Below, one piece after another: positions 35,055 through 48,545 of a stretch of DNA of 64,000 nt. The DNA is from Chiloscyllium plagiosum. Its lineage: Eukaryota. Below the pieces are notes generated by a model that saw only the letters and a program-made list of their open reading frames with translations, searched no databases and had not been told where the DNA came from. Within the stretch, counting starts at the first letter, position 1; each line of letters begins with the position of its first letter. The stretch is taken from positions 4,582,478-4,646,477 of the forward strand of contig NC_057742.1 of assembly GCF_004010195.1 (NCBI RefSeq). Direction: 5' to 3'. Both the position numbers and the translations under genes were made by a program.

Positions 35055-36475
35055 GTGATATATTTCCAAGTCAGGATAGCCAATGACTTGGAGGGGAACG
35101 TGCAGGTGATGGTGTTCTCTTGTATTTGCTACCCTTGCCCTTCTTGATGTGGAGGTCAAGTGTTTGGAAGGCAGGCTCTACGGAGCTTTTGTGAATTTTT
35201 GTAGTGCATTTTGTAGATGGTACACACTGCTGCGACTGAGCATTGGTCGTAGAGGGAGTGGATGTTTGTAGTGCTGATCAAATGGGTTGCTTTGTCCTGG
35301 ATGGTGCCAAGCTTCTCAAGTGTTGTTGGAGCTGCACACAGCCAGACAAGTGAAGAATATTCCATCACACTCCCGACTAATGCCTTGTAGATGGTGGACA
35401 GGCTTTGGGAGTCGGGAGGTGAGTTACGCACTGTAGGATTCCTAGCCCCAGTACTGCTCTTGTAGCCACTGTATGTATATAGACAGAAGTGAGGACTATA
35501 TGTATATGGCTAGTCCAGCTCAGTTTCCGGTCAATAGTAACCCCAGGATGTTGATAGTGGGGATTCAGTGATGGTAATACTAATGAATATGAAGAGGTAA
35601 TATTTAAATTCTCTCTTGTGGAGATAGCCAATGCCTGGCACCCGTGTGGCATGAATGTTGCTTGCCACTTGTCAGTCCAAGCCTGGATGTTGTCCACGTC
35701 TTGTTGGATTTGAATAGGGAACTACTTCAATATCTGAGGACTCATGAATGATGCTGAAGACTTATAGTCATCAGCAAAAATCCCCAATTCTGACCCACTC
35801 CCTCCTGACTGTATATCAGTGTGCCTTCACCTTGACTGGCTCTGCCCTGATGGATGGTGATGGTGTAGTCTGGAACATTGGGTATAAGGTATGATTCTGT
35901 GAGTATGATTATGTCATGCTGTTGCATGACTAGTCTGTGATACAGCTCTCTTGGTTTTGGAGAAGGTGACTTTAACCAAACCCTAACTATCAGAGACCTG
36001 GAGGAAGGATGCCTCATCTTCCACCTTCGAACCCTCCAACCACAGAGGATTAATGTGGATTTCACAAGTTTCCTCATTTCCCCTTCCCCTCACCTTATCC
36101 CAGTTCCAACTTTCCAACTTGGCACTGTCCTCATGACCTGTCTATCTTCCTTCCCATCTATCCGCTCCACCCTCCTCTCTGACCTTTCACCTTCATCTAC
36201 CTATTGCACTCTCAGCTACCTTCCCCACAGCCTCACTCCCTGTCCTCTCCCCCCAATTTATCTCTTCACCCCCTTGGCTCACAAGCCTCATTCCGATGAA
36301 GGGTTTATGCTTGAAATGTCGAATCTCCTGCTCCTCGGATGTTACCTGACCTGCTATGCTTTTCCAGCATCACACTCTCGACTCTCTCAGTTTTGGCATT
36401 AGTCCCCAGACGTTAGTAAGAAGGACTTTGGAGTGTTGACAGGGCTGTTTTTGTCATTGCTGCTGCAAGGGTCAG
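35055..36475 (-). mobile_element. Internally deleted L2/CR1-group LINE (endonuclease N-terminus joined to RT C-terminus), interrupted by a Penelope fragment
   Basis: LLTNVWGLMPKLRE (about 36385-36430) and QQHDIIILTESYL..NVPDYTITI (APE-like, about 35800-35940) lie next to DNIQAWTDKWQATF (35377-35697) and TIYKALVGSVMEYSSLVW (35156-35431). Confidence 0.75.
35961..36381 (+). mobile_element. Penelope-like element 3' fragment
   Basis: ctggaggaaggatgcctcatcttccaccttcgaaccctccaaccacag (LEE..LIF.L.TLQP), C-rich 3' region and a degenerate hammerhead (ttccgatgaagggtttatgcttgaaatgtc). Imperfect direct repeat ctctct(tg/ca)gttttgg on both sides. Confidence 0.8.
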
Positions 36476-38021
36476 TTCCAGGTGATTCTTCTGGTTTCAT
36501 TCCTCTTTGAGCTGCTTCAGTGGAGTGCATTTTGATGAAAGTTTTATTTGTAAGTGCTCAGCAATTTTCAATGTGGAGTTGAATGAACAAAATTATTTTG
36601 TCTCTTATATCTGCGTTTGATTTTCAGTGTTTCTATTTGAACCCTTTGACTGGTGCCTGGGAAGCTCCAGTGTCTCTGGGATGATTGGATTTGTTTGTAT
36701 TCAGCTCACATCATACAACAGAGAAATAAACAACATGATAATAAAAACCCATCTGACAAGGACCAGTGTTAGTGCTGTAATACTGGAGTATCACTGCTGT
36801 TCTGAGAACACCTTGATTTTAAAATTAGAACTCAAGATTTAAAATCCCTCTCTGGCATCACCTCTATAAAATCCTCAAGCCCCACTGCTATGAGAGTCCT
36901 GTTTGTTCCTGTAATTCTGAACTCTGCATATCCCTAGTTTTAATCACTTCACCATAACAACCACACCTTCAGTTATCTGGCTCTAAGCTTCCTCCCTGAG
37001 TATGCTGTTTAAAACAACCTTTTTAATCAGCCTTTGGTCACCAATCCTTCAATCTCCTTCTGTCATCCCAGTGACTTATTTGGTTTGATAGAGTGAAATT
37101 TTCACAGCCTCTAAATGGCATGGTCAACAGCGAGAAAATACAGTGAGAATGAAAATAGAGAGAATCTCAACATCATGGGAGAAATTTTTGCTTAATTTTT
37201 GAACGGATAAATGAGATTCTAACCAGTGAATGGTGAGGGGCCAAGTTGCATGCACTAACATCTCATAATTACCCAGTCTGATCTCATTTCTACTTTCCCA
37301 GTCAGCAGGGAGAAACTAGACCACATAGGTTTCTGATTTGAAAGTCTAAGTGGTTACCTGGGATCCCCCTGGTGCTTTCTCCGTTGTGACTAACATTCCC
37401 CAATATCTCAACATTGGCTCCCCAGTCTGTGACCACCTGGACCCTCTGTTCACGGAGGATGGCATGGGCCAAGTGCCAGCCTCATCATCATGGCACATCC
37501 TGTCTCAGTTATCATGCAGTTCAGCAATTCAATACGGTGACTTGGGGGTTCACCTACACCTTCTGTTGCAATGCTGCTGCCAGGTACAGGGACAGACAGT
37601 CACCTCATCCATTGGAACAGGGCTTGCTCCATTAAATAACAATCTTAAACCAGATTAAAGTATATGAAACAAATCTTGATGTGCAATGGGAACAGTAGAT
37701 AAATCGTTATTGGGGCCATTTTAACACGACCATGCAAGGCAGGTGATTAGAGTGGATGCTGGATCGATGGTAAACAAGGGAATATAAGAGGTCTTTTATC
37801 AGATTGTCCACAGATTAAGTTTGGACATTGCAGACAGACTTTAGCATACATGGCAGAATTTAAATATGTCTAAACATTTAAACAAATCAGGATTTACAGC
37901 CAAAGAGCTGAAGGATCAGTACACAAGAATCTGACGATGTACACAGTGAGACCAATAGTGGTGAACACGTTTCATATTCAGTCTCATGGGAAACTTCACT
38001 GTCATCACAGACACATACATT

Positions 38022-38745
38022 CCTGGAGAAACTCAGCAGGTCTGGCAGCATCTACTGGGAGAATGCAAAGTTAATGTTTTGGGTTCCAGTTTTGTTAGGG
38101 CGTGGTAGAGGGTAGCAGAGAGGTTAAAGGAGTAAATGATAAGTGGAGATGGAACCCAGAGAAAGAACACAGCTGTTGGGTAGATGAATGAATGGAGAAA
38201 GGTGACCCTGGGGAGAAAGAAAAGCTGCTATTGGGACCTTTAGTGGTGAAAATGGGTAACCTGTGGTGAAAGGAGCCCATGTGATGACAGGGCCAGAGGT
38301 TTGAGGTTGGGTAAAGGATATGGAAGAAAGTGCTAAGGCCTGAAAATTATTGAACCTGATATTGAGTTCCAAAGACTGAAGGATCCCCAGGTGAAAAGTG
38401 AGATGCTGTTCTTCCAGTTTGCACTGAGTTTACTGGAGCGCTTCAGCAAGCCTGAGACGGAGATGTTGGCTAGGGAACAGGGTGGAGTGTTGAGATAGCA
38501 GGCAACTAGAAACTCAGGATCATTTTTTGCAAATGTGATATGGGTGTTCCACAAAACAATTGCCCAGCCTGTGTCTTGTCTCCCCAGTGTGGAGTAGACC
38601 ACATTGTGAGCAGTGATTACAATAGACTAGATTGGGTGAAGTGCAGATGAAGAGCTGCTTCACTTGGAACGTCTCTCTTGGGCCTTGGATAGTGAGGAGG
38701 AAGGAAGTAAATGGACACGTGTTACACCTTCTGCGATTGCATGGG
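38022..38745 (-). mobile_element. Penelope-like element 3' fragment (degraded GIY-YIG)
   Basis: Reverse: CSQCGLLHTGETRHRLGNCFVEH.., LEEQHLTFHLG.LQ..LNIRFNNF; terminal ctggagaaactcagcaggtctggcagcatc. Confidence 0.78.
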
Positions 38746-39074
38746 ACAAACCCTTAAATAGCTACAGCTTGCATTTATATAGCACCTTTAAAATACTTTG
38801 CAGCAGTATAATATATAAACAATTTAATGCTGAGCCAAAGAAGGAGACTTTTGGATAGGTGCCCAAATGGTGGAGGTGGTAATTTCTAAGGAGCATTTTA
38901 ATGCTGGAGATACCGAGGGGATTTGTAGAATGCATTTCAAAACCCATGGCTAGATGACTAAAGGCTTGGTCCCCAGTTGGATGAAGGAAGTCAGAAACAT
39001 GTGAGAGGTCAGAAGTTGAGGAACACAAATGATTGGAGTTAGTTTTCATCTCTACTTTTTGCTTTTATTGTGCT

Positions 39075-39432
39075 AAGCCAGCATTTGTCGCTCATCCCTA
39101 ATTGCCCCTTGAACTGAATGGATTGCCACACCATTTCAAAGGGCAGTTAAGAGTCAACCATATTGCTGTGGGTCTGGAGTCATATGTCAGCCAGACCTGG
39201 TAAGGATAACAGATTTCCTTCCCTAAAAGACATTCCTGAACTAGATGGGTTTTTACAGAGGTCGATGATGCTTTCAAGGACAATTAATGAAACTAGCTTT
39301 AATTCGAGATGTTGTTAATTGAACTTAAGTTCCATCAGCTGCCACGTGATATTGGAACCAATGTCCCCAAAACATTAGTCTGGGCGTCTGGATTACTAGC
39401 CTGGTGACATTAATACTACACCAGTGTCCTCC
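39075..39432 (-). mobile_element. tRNA-derived SINE, second family, near full length
   Basis: Tail catccctaattgccccttgaactga.. through to head tctggattactagcctggtgacattaatactacacca..cctcc. Confidence 0.75.
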
Positions 39433-39698
39433 CTGTAAATGCATGAAGGTCGGGTAAGAACAGTGTTAGATCCAGTTGTTATTGTCTCTTCCCCAAAATC
39501 TTACTCAATTAGACTTAATCCTACAATTGCACACGGCCTTGCTGAAACCACATCTGAAGTACTGATTTGGCCAGTTTTGATCTTCCTACCCAAGTAAGAA
39601 TGTTCCTGGAATGGGTGCAATGAAGATTCACTTGTCTGATTCTGGAGATGAGGGTATTGATATTTGAAGGCAGATTGAATTGACTTGGTTGATATTAT

Positions 39699-39984
39699 GA
39701 TTAGATGTCCTACAGTGTGGAAACCAGTCCACACCGACCCTCCAAAGAGTAACCCACCGAGACTGATTTCCCTCCGACTAATGCACTAGCACTACGGGCA
39801 ATTTAGCGAGGCCAATTCACCTGCATATCTTTGGACTGTGGGAGGAAACCGGAGTACCTGGAGGAAACCCACGCATACACGGGGAGAATGTGCAAACTCC
39901 ACACAGTCGCCCAAGGCTGGAACTGAACCTGGGACCCTGGAGCTGTGAGGCAGCAATGCTAACCACTGACCCACTGTGCCACCC
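39699..39984 (-). mobile_element. HE1 (V-SINE), full length
   Basis: tttggactgtgggaggaaaccggagtacctggaggaaacccacgcatacacggggagaatgtgcaaactccacacag..ctaaccactga. Confidence 0.9.
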
Positions 39985-40119
39985 AGGAGTTTAATAGGAT
40001 GAGAGGCAATCTCACTGAAACATGGAAAATTGTTATGGGATTAGACAAGATGGATACTAATGAGATGTTTCCCCTGACTGAGGAACCTGGAACAATGAGT
40101 CAAAGTCTTAGTTAAGGGG

Positions 40120-40748
40120 TATTATGGACCAGGCCAGACCCACTCATAGCATTTCAAGGAAGTAGCCCAGACTCTAACTTTGCTCATTGTTTTAAGCAGA
40201 TGTGTCGCGGATATTCCAGGAGTGATGCAGCTGGTCAAACCATTCAGTTTAAAAGAAAACAGAATGTGTTTACAAGATTACTGAATGAAACACAAACAAA
40301 AGACAACAGAATAACTTAACCTATCCGAAACCCAACAGATCATCCCAGCTTGATGATGCTGTTCCAAATACTCACAACAATCCCCATAAATACCTCTTGA
40401 CACAAAAGGTAGAATCAAACCAGGGTCTTACAGGAGAGGTGGCTGAGAGAGAGGTGGATCAGCCGGCTTCTTTTGAGTCCAGCAGCTTTTTTTTCAACTG
40501 GCTGGTGGCCAAAACCAAACCAGAGAAAAGCTAAGCTTGGAGAACTGAGCACTTCCCTTTCATTATACAAGTGTTTTTTTAATATAAAAACTTGAAAGCC
40601 TGTTGCCTGAGACAGTATCTGTTAGCAATTATCAAATTGGCCTTAAACTCCTTCAACTTAGACTTTTCGGAGTCTGTGTCTTTTACGACCTCTCTGGAAA
40701 AACATACTAAGGACAACATAATCTTGTTAAAGGAGCAGCTTTGTCAGA
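40120..40748. mobile_element. Probable solo LTR inserted in a CR1 3' fragment
   Basis: A non-CR1 block of about 630 bp splits continuous CR1 sequence (..gagtcaaagtcttagttaagggg | ggtgtcagccactgtgggctgagat..). Its ends tattatg...ttgtcaga resemble mutated TG..CA termini, with a 4-bp gggg/ggtg flank. Confidence 0.5.
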
Positions 40749-42769
40749 GGTGTCAGCCACTGTGGGCTGAGATATGGACTCAGAGAGAAACTTTGCAAAT
40801 CTTGACTGCAGGGGAGTATGGATGCTGTCATTGTTGATGTTCCAGACAGGGATTTCTGCAAACCAGGAGAATGGAAGTAGGGGTATGACAGTATGAAAGA
40901 ACATAACTGAATTGCTTGAGGGTCCACATGGCCCACTCTTGCTCCTTGTTGTAATGAATGGTCTTGATTGAGAGATGGAGCGGGCACTGCCTCCAGGGTA
41001 ATAACATCCCTGTATGACCTCACACCTTCAGGGAAGGAAGAAAGTGAGTAATTCTTCATTACAATATAAGTGAAACCAAATAACTCTGATTTTGAGGTTT
41101 ATTTTTCCAGTTTGTTTTTGCTTTCCTGTGATATAAAATGCTTGGACTGAAATGTTGAGTTTTAGCCTCCAGGACTGGGTATTGATTGTGACATAATTTC
41201 CTGTGCACAGTATGTTTTATTGTGTTATCTGCTTCTTGGAGTTTGTTAGTTTGGGCATTTTTCCAACTTTTCACACTGCAATTTATGGTTTGCATTTTCA
41301 CTGAAATTTCTCATTTCAGTTTATTATTTTATAACAAACAAAGAATATTGGAAATGTCAAACCTCATAGATGTGAATTTCGTGAAAGTAGGACCATCTAT
41401 TTATGAAACATACTCGTTTTTGCTTATTAAATGTGATAACCCTGAACACAAGCTTGATGCTATTTACAACTCCTGGTTAGATTTCTAAGTCTCCTCTTAC
41501 AGAATTTGATTTTGCTTAAACCTAATCTATTTTTTCTTATAAAATTCTTCCTCCTCTCCCTATATTTCCCATCTTCCATTTCTCATCTTCCTCTCCCCAC
41601 ACATTCTGTCTCCTCCCTATCCCTTCCTTCTCTTCCTATCCCATTCCCTATTTTTATCTTCCCCTTTCCACACCTTCCCCTATTCCCATTTCTTTGCTTT
41701 CACATTCTCCTAATTAAATGGTCGCTCATGGACTCACCATGATCTGATTGAGTGATGTAAAAGGCTCAGGGGGCTGATTGGCCTGCTGCTATTCCTACGG
41801 CCCTCTCCCTCTCTACCTTTCTCCTCATTTCCAACTCATGCTGGGTAGGGTTTTGTTGGCAAATGCCACATTCACAATCTTCAACCCATGTCTATTGTTC
41901 ACAAGGGCAGTGAGGCAATAAAGATTAGATATTGCCCTTCATCACTGGGACTGAAGAACTCAGAAACCCTGGCTTTAACACCCTGGATACAGGCTGCTTG
42001 CAATATTGTGGCCAATCAGTTTATCCTCATCTCAGTCAGGCTGCCAAATGTAAATAATCCATCTTTCATTGAACAACCTGAATGTTCTTCCTCTCATAAT
42101 GTTGCTCTAATATTGGAACTATCAAGGTGGCAGGATTATGTTTCTGGGAAACAGGAACCTTTGATCCAGTTTTGAGCACTCTGTGATAGTGAGTTGATGT
42201 GAATTAAGGGGCCTTTGTATGACAGGTAGAGACTAGTCACATAAAACATGAGCTAATCCACACATATTGCTGCCCGTATCTTAATTCACACAACTCGCCT
42301 TTATCCCTCACTCCCTCTCCTGGTGAAACTATAAGGTCCCCAATGTAGCAACATCTCCATTTAAAAAAATCTCATCCTTATTTTCAATGTATTTCATAGT
42401 TTCACCTCCACAGCTCCATAACCTTCCATGGTCCTACAACCTAAGAGCTCTGAACTCCTCCATCCCTAGGCCCACGCAGATCCCCAATTTGCTTAACCCA
42501 CCATCTACCCACCATCCGCCACGTCAGACCTATACTCTGGAATTCCTTCTTTAAACTTCCCACTTCTCTTTCTCTGCTTTTGAGAAGCTCCTTAAAACTT
42601 ACGTCTTTGACCAAGTTTTAGCCAACTGTTCTAATTGTTGTGTAAATGCTTTAGGATCCCTGCAGTGGTTACATGGAGCTGCTCCTCACTGATCATAAAT
42701 ATCACAGTATGGGTGGAGTTAGGAGCAAAGTATATGGAGACCTACACTGAAGCCAGGTTTCTCTGTTCC

Positions 42770-43205
42770 TGCACACCCTTTGTTTTATACTGTATCTGCA
42801 TGTTCTTTGTATAAAGGTGTATCACCTAACATATCTTTGTATTGAACTTTATTTGTCACTTATCTTCCCACTCTACCAACTTGTTAATGTCCCTTAATAA
42901 TTTGACACTGTGTTCCTCACGGTTTACAATGCTTCCAAGATTAGTCTCATCTACAAACTTGGAAATTGTCCTCTCCATGCGAAGATTTAGATCATTAACA
43001 TTTGTCAGGAAGAGTATGCATCCCAAAACCAACCATGGGGAATTCCATTACAGATCATCTTCTGGCTAGAAAAATATCCATTAACCACTACTTTATTACC
43101 TATCCCTCAGCCAATTTTGTATCCATGTTGTTACTGTCTCTTTTATTCTACGAGATGAAAGGTTTCTCACAAGTTTGTTGTGTGTCACAGTATCAAACAC
43201 ATCAG
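42770..43205 (-). mobile_element. Degraded CR1-like RT fragment
   Basis: gtctcatctacaaacttggaaattgt (reverse TISKFVDET), VFDTVTHNKLVRNL..TWIQNWLRDR. Confidence 0.7.
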
Positions 43206-43238
43206 CAATGTTTAGACAGGGTATCTTACACATCCAGG

Positions 43239-44180
43239 AAAAAAGTGAGCAATGCAGATGCTGGAGATCAGAGTCAAAAAGTGTGGTGCTGGAAAAACAC
43301 AGCTGATCAGGCAGCATCTGAGGAGCAGGAGAGTTAATGTTTCAGGCATAAGCCCTTCATCTCGAATGTGGGCAGGGAAGGGGGCTGAAAGATGAATACG
43401 AGGGGAGTGGAGCTGGGGTGAGAGGAAGGTAGCTGGGAAGGCGATAGGTAGATGCAGGTAGGGGGTGATGGTAATAGGTCAGAGGGGAGGGTGGAGCCAA
43501 TAAGTGGGAAGGAAGATGAACAGGTAGGACAGTTCAAGAGGGCAGTGCCGAGTTGGAGACTTTGATCTGCGGTGAGGTGGGGGGAGGAAAAATGAGAAAG
43601 CTGATGAACTCCACATTGATACTGTGTGATTGGAGGGTTCCAAGACGGAAGATGAGGCGCTCTTCCTCCAGGTGTCGGGTGGGTTGAATTTGGTGATAGA
43701 GGAGGCCAGGACCTGCATGACCTTGGTGGAATGGGACGGGGAGCTGAAGTGGTCGGCTACAGGGCGTTGGGGTTGTTTGGTGTGTGTGTCCCTGAGATGT
43801 TTCCTGAAACATTCCACAAGTTGGTGTCCTGTCTCCCCAGTGTAGAGGAGATCACAATGGGAGCAACGGACCTAGTAGATGAGGTGTTTGGATGTGCAGA
43901 AAAGTCTCTACCGGATGTGAAAAGATCCTGTAGGATCTTGGTCAGAGGTGAGAGGGGAGGTGTGGGCACAGGTTTTACACCTCTTATGGATGCAAGGAAA
44001 GGTCTGAGAGTGGAGGGTGGGCTGGTGGGGGAGGGGGTAGGGGGGCCGTGGGGGTGGAAGAGAGGGCGTGTACTTAATGAGGGAGGAATTGGAGGGAATG
44101 GACTCTGCAGAATGCTGATAGGGGTAGGCAGGGAAATATATCTCTGATTTTGGGGTCTGACTGTAGGTGTCGGAACTGTC
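43239..44180 (-). mobile_element. Penelope-like element 3' portion (GIY-YIG, frameshifted)
   Basis: Reverse: CSHCDLLYTGETGHQLVECFRKHLRD..PVADHFSSPSHS..HLEEERLIFRLGTLQSHSINVEF; terminal region as in 51240-51362. Confidence 0.88.
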
Positions 44181-44382
44181 CTATAATTTCACTGTTTGTT
44201 CTGCATCCCATTTTAAATCTCTCCTGGATACTCCATTTGTCCTGTGTATCTCAGGGGAAACTGCTGGGAGGCTCCTATTGCCTGATGCACTGAACTCCCA
44301 CTATTGGACACAATGATTGAAAGTGCAGAACAGCTGGATCAACATAGAATCATAGAATCTCTACAACGTGAAAGCAGGCCAT

Positions 44383-44882
44383 NNNNNNNNNNNNNNNNNN
44401 NNNNNNNNNNNNNNNNNNNNNNNNNNNNNNNNNNNNNNNNNNNNNNNNNNNNNNNNNNNNNNNNNNNNNNNNNNNNNNNNNNNNNNNNNNNNNNNNNNNN
44501 NNNNNNNNNNNNNNNNNNNNNNNNNNNNNNNNNNNNNNNNNNNNNNNNNNNNNNNNNNNNNNNNNNNNNNNNNNNNNNNNNNNNNNNNNNNNNNNNNNNN
44601 NNNNNNNNNNNNNNNNNNNNNNNNNNNNNNNNNNNNNNNNNNNNNNNNNNNNNNNNNNNNNNNNNNNNNNNNNNNNNNNNNNNNNNNNNNNNNNNNNNNN
44701 NNNNNNNNNNNNNNNNNNNNNNNNNNNNNNNNNNNNNNNNNNNNNNNNNNNNNNNNNNNNNNNNNNNNNNNNNNNNNNNNNNNNNNNNNNNNNNNNNNNN
44801 NNNNNNNNNNNNNNNNNNNNNNNNNNNNNNNNNNNNNNNNNNNNNNNNNNNNNNNNNNNNNNNNNNNNNNNNNNNNNNNNNN
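44383..44882. other. Assembly gap (exactly 500 N, probably a placeholder of unknown true size)
   Basis: Run of 500 n. The left flank ends in a SINE/LINE tail and the right flank starts inside a Penelope 3' end. Confidence 0.98.
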
Positions 44883-45133
44883 CCCCCGCCCCTGACCTAT
44901 CACCTTCATCCCCTCCCCCACTCACCTATTGTACTGTATGCTACTTTCTCCCCACCCCCACCCTCCTCTGGCTTATCTCTCCACCCCTCAGGCTCTCTGC
45001 CTTTATTCCTGATGAAGGGCTTTTGCCCAAAACTTCGATTTTACTGCTCCCCGGATGCTGCCTGAACTGCTGTGCTCTTCCAGCACCACTAATCCAGAAT
45101 CTGGTTTCCAGCATCTGCAGTCATTGGTTTACC
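44883..45133 (+). mobile_element. Penelope-like element 3' terminus (truncated by the gap)
   Basis: C-rich tract, attcctgatgaagggcttttgcccaaaacttc (decayed hammerhead), ggatgctgcctgaactgctgtgctcttccagca..ccagcatctgcagtc. Confidence 0.8.
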
Positions 45134-47849
45134 TAGCAACAGATTAGGTTCAGTTCCCATATCAGCTGAGGCTACCATGAACACCCCAACTTGTCAACCT
45201 CTCTCCTCACCTGAGGCATGGTGACTGAAATTAAAGCACCACCAGTCTTTGTCTGCCTCTGCCTCTCACATGGGACAACAGACCGATGGTCCTCTGGGAC
45301 TTTAACTATCTCCTTCATTTGCTTGTTTAGCTTCCTCGTGTATGTATCAACTATTTTCTGGGAAGAATTATTACTGTCTTGGGATTATTAGGAACTGGTT
45401 GAGTGCCTTTCATTCACTATTTTGAGACATGTCAAAGTAACATTCTCGCCACACAAGCTCCAGGCAGTGATTAACTACAATCACCTGTGGTGAGCCTAAC
45501 CATCTCCTCATGGTACACTATATGATCACCATTACTGGATTGCCCACCATCAACAACCTGGGGGTTACCATTAACCAGGCATTGAACTCAATCAGCTGTG
45601 TAAATAATGTAGATACACAGTTGCATCACAGATTGGGAATTCTGATGAGAGTAATTTTTCTGTTCACTCCCCAGTGCCTGTCCACTACCAGAACTGGTTA
45701 CAAAAGTTTCAGGTAGTCTCTCCAAAAATCTGAGCCTGTCTTTACAGACACTGACTGGGCCAGCTGTGTAATTTTAGGATTTACTGCTCTTTCTCTATCA
45801 CTCATTTTCAAAAAATACTTTGGAGGAAGTGTAAAAGAGATGACCAAAGACCTCTCAGCGATGCAATTATTATCAGTGCAATGGAATCCACGTCTGAGAA
45901 ATAGTGATGTAACCTTTTTTTGGTTATTGGAAAACTTGGAGAAATTAAGTTAACCTCTTAATGCAGGGCAGTGTCAAGTTTGTTTAAAGTTGCGAGATGT
46001 AGGTATCATTGACAAGGAAATTGTGTACCTGAAACTTTAGGCACGGACTGACCTACTGTGTACTTGAAACACATTGTGTTTTTATTCTGAAAGTTGTATT
46101 TGATCATGTAAAGAGATCCTAATTCTGGAGCCTGGGAATATTGTGGAATCTTGCAGCATAGAAAGCCACTTGACCCTTTCCAACATGCCAGCTCTTTAAG
46201 AGTGCCATCTAATTATTCACACTACTTGTTACTTCCCCGTAAGCTTGCAAAGTTTGCTTTTCGAATATATGTTGAGTTTGCTTCTACCACCATTTTGACC
46301 AATGCATTCCAGATCATAAGAGCTCAGTGTACATTTCTTGCAATTATCTTAAATCTGTCACCTCTGGTTACTGAATACCCCACCATGAGAAATTCTCTAA
46401 TTTTGAAGATTTTTTTTTAAAAAAAGAAATCTTAAGTGTCTCTAAGGAGAGCAACTGTAGTTACTCAGATGTTTCAAGATACCTGAACAACCTCATGGAT
46501 TCTGGTCAATCTGCTTTACATCTTCTGAGGCCTTTGACATCCTCTTTCAAACTTACAGCCTAAAATGTGAACACAGTATTCTGTGAGAACCTTAACAAGT
46601 GATTTATTATGGTTGACAGTAAGGTCCTTGTTTAATATACAGCGTAGCTCCTAATGTAACTGGACATGGAAGATTTAAACTGATTGAGAGTTCTACTTAT
46701 TGCGCAGCGAAGTCTACTTACTCAGTGAACAGTTTCTATTTAAACTGCACCACGGTCTACAGAGTCTATTTCAAAAAGTGTCTTTATGGACCGCAGCAAA
46801 CATAACTTCATAATAAGTTTTATTGACGGCAAAATGTGGTGAGTGGAGGATTATACATACAAATGATGTCAAATAATGCCAGCTATTTACTGCAATGCAG
46901 TCTCCTGGTGGGATTGGCAAGGGAAATGACCCAATTATCTCTTGTCTGACCAGGAATACTGGTGTCACTCTCTGTCCGTGTATTTTAGGCGACAGTGTGC
47001 CCATGGGAAATGTGATGGACGACAAATGGCATCCTACACTAATGACCACTACTTGCTGCAGCAAAAACTTGTCTGGAGATTTTAGAAGGCAGCATTGAGC
47101 TAATTGTAAATATTGCAGAGTATCTATCTGTGTTTGACATTTGAGTTGCTACTGGGATAAGTAAAATTTAATTGGGACAAGTGTATGCCTTGCAGTCTCT
47201 GTCTCTGGGGAACTTTATTGACACAATATTGTAGAGTTGGAGTTGAGCAAGGAACTGTGCAAACTCCTCTTGCATAGTAATTTTCTTATTTTCCAATATT
47301 AGCCTTTTTATTTGTCACGTTCCCAGTTTGCTCTGTGCTTTCAGGAGTATGCATGAATTCTAGTCCTGCCGTGTTTCTTGTCTGCAGTCAGGAGATTCAT
47401 CACCGAGGAATTCCAGACAATCCTGATCTGTCACGATGCTCGTTCATGCAATGTGGAGTAGGACGGGGGGGGGGGGGTCCAATACTGGGGGCCATAGAAA
47501 TGAGAGAACTGCTAATGAATCTAATGGGGAATTCAGGAAACTGTGGATTGCCCTACTAAGGGAGTGGTTGAGATGAAGAGAGATGCATTTAGGGAGAAAT
47601 GAGATAAATGGGGGAAGGTGAAAAAGCTGGGGCTCATGTGGAATATGAACATTATTGTAGGCTAGTGAGGCTGAATATCTCATCTTAGCATTTGAAAGTC
47701 CCTTGCCACTCCTTCTGAAATCCATCAGTTCAGTACTGACTAGAAGTTTGGGATCTGGTCTGTGTAGCTTTAGAAACTTGCATCCTTATCTCGAGAAAGC
47801 CAAATTTTTGATTCCTTAAAATGCATGCATTCTTATTCTAAATATTTTA

Positions 47850-48165
47850 AATATTCATTTTTGGGATGTGGAGGTCGCTGGCTGGGCCAACATTTTTGTC
47901 CGTCCCTAGTTGCCCCTTGAGAAGGTTGGATTGAGCTGCCTTGAACCACTGCCATCCAACTGTTATGGGTTGACCCACAGCCTCCTTTAGGGAGGGAATT
48001 ACAGGACTTTGACCCAGCGGCAATGAAGGAACAGCAATCTATTTCCAAGTCAGGGTGGTGAGTGGCTCAGAGGGAACGTGAAGGTGGTGGTGTTCCCATG
48101 TATCTGCTGCCCTTGACCTTCTAGATGGTAGTCATTGTGTGTTTGGAAGGTGTTGTCTGAGGATC
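47850..48165 (-). mobile_element. L2/CR1-group LINE 3' end
   Basis: gggatgtggaggtcgctggctgggccaacattt..gccccttgagaagg..tgacccagcggcaatgaaggaac..ttccaagtcagggtggtg. Confidence 0.8.
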
Positions 48166-48348
48166 TTTGAGTTTCTGTAACTCTTTATCCAACTATTACA
48201 GGGTAATAGAAACTAGAGAATTGGGCCACTTTGCAGAGACACGTTTGCCTTTTTACTCCCTCCTTATCCCATTTATGGTGAATTCTGATTATAATTATTC
48301 ACTGATTTTTCACTGTCTCAGATTCATTAAAGGGAGGCAAGTGTTCTT

Positions 48349-48545
48349 GATTAGATTAGATTAGATTACATTACATTACAGTGTGGAAACAGGCCCTTCG
48401 GCCCAACAAGTCCACACCGACCCGCCGAAGCGCAACCCACCCATACCCCTACATTTTACTCCTTACCTAACACTATGGGCAATTTAGCATGGCCAATTCA
48501 CCTGACCTGCACATCTTTGGACTGTGGGAGGAAACCGGAGCACCC
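48349..48545 (-). mobile_element. Young 5'-truncated HE1 with (TAATC/TAATG)n tail
   Basis: gattagattagattagattacattacattacagtgtggaaacaggcccttcggcccaacaagtccacaccgacccgccgaagcgcaacc; CpGs retained. Confidence 0.88.

Noticed and set aside
41545-41710. Long polypyrimidine tract (also about 20145-20225)
   Set aside because: Low-complexity sequence with no associated exon or periodic structure.
44304-45065. Long ORFs spanning 44.3-45.1 kb
   Set aside because: Artefacts of translating the N gap.
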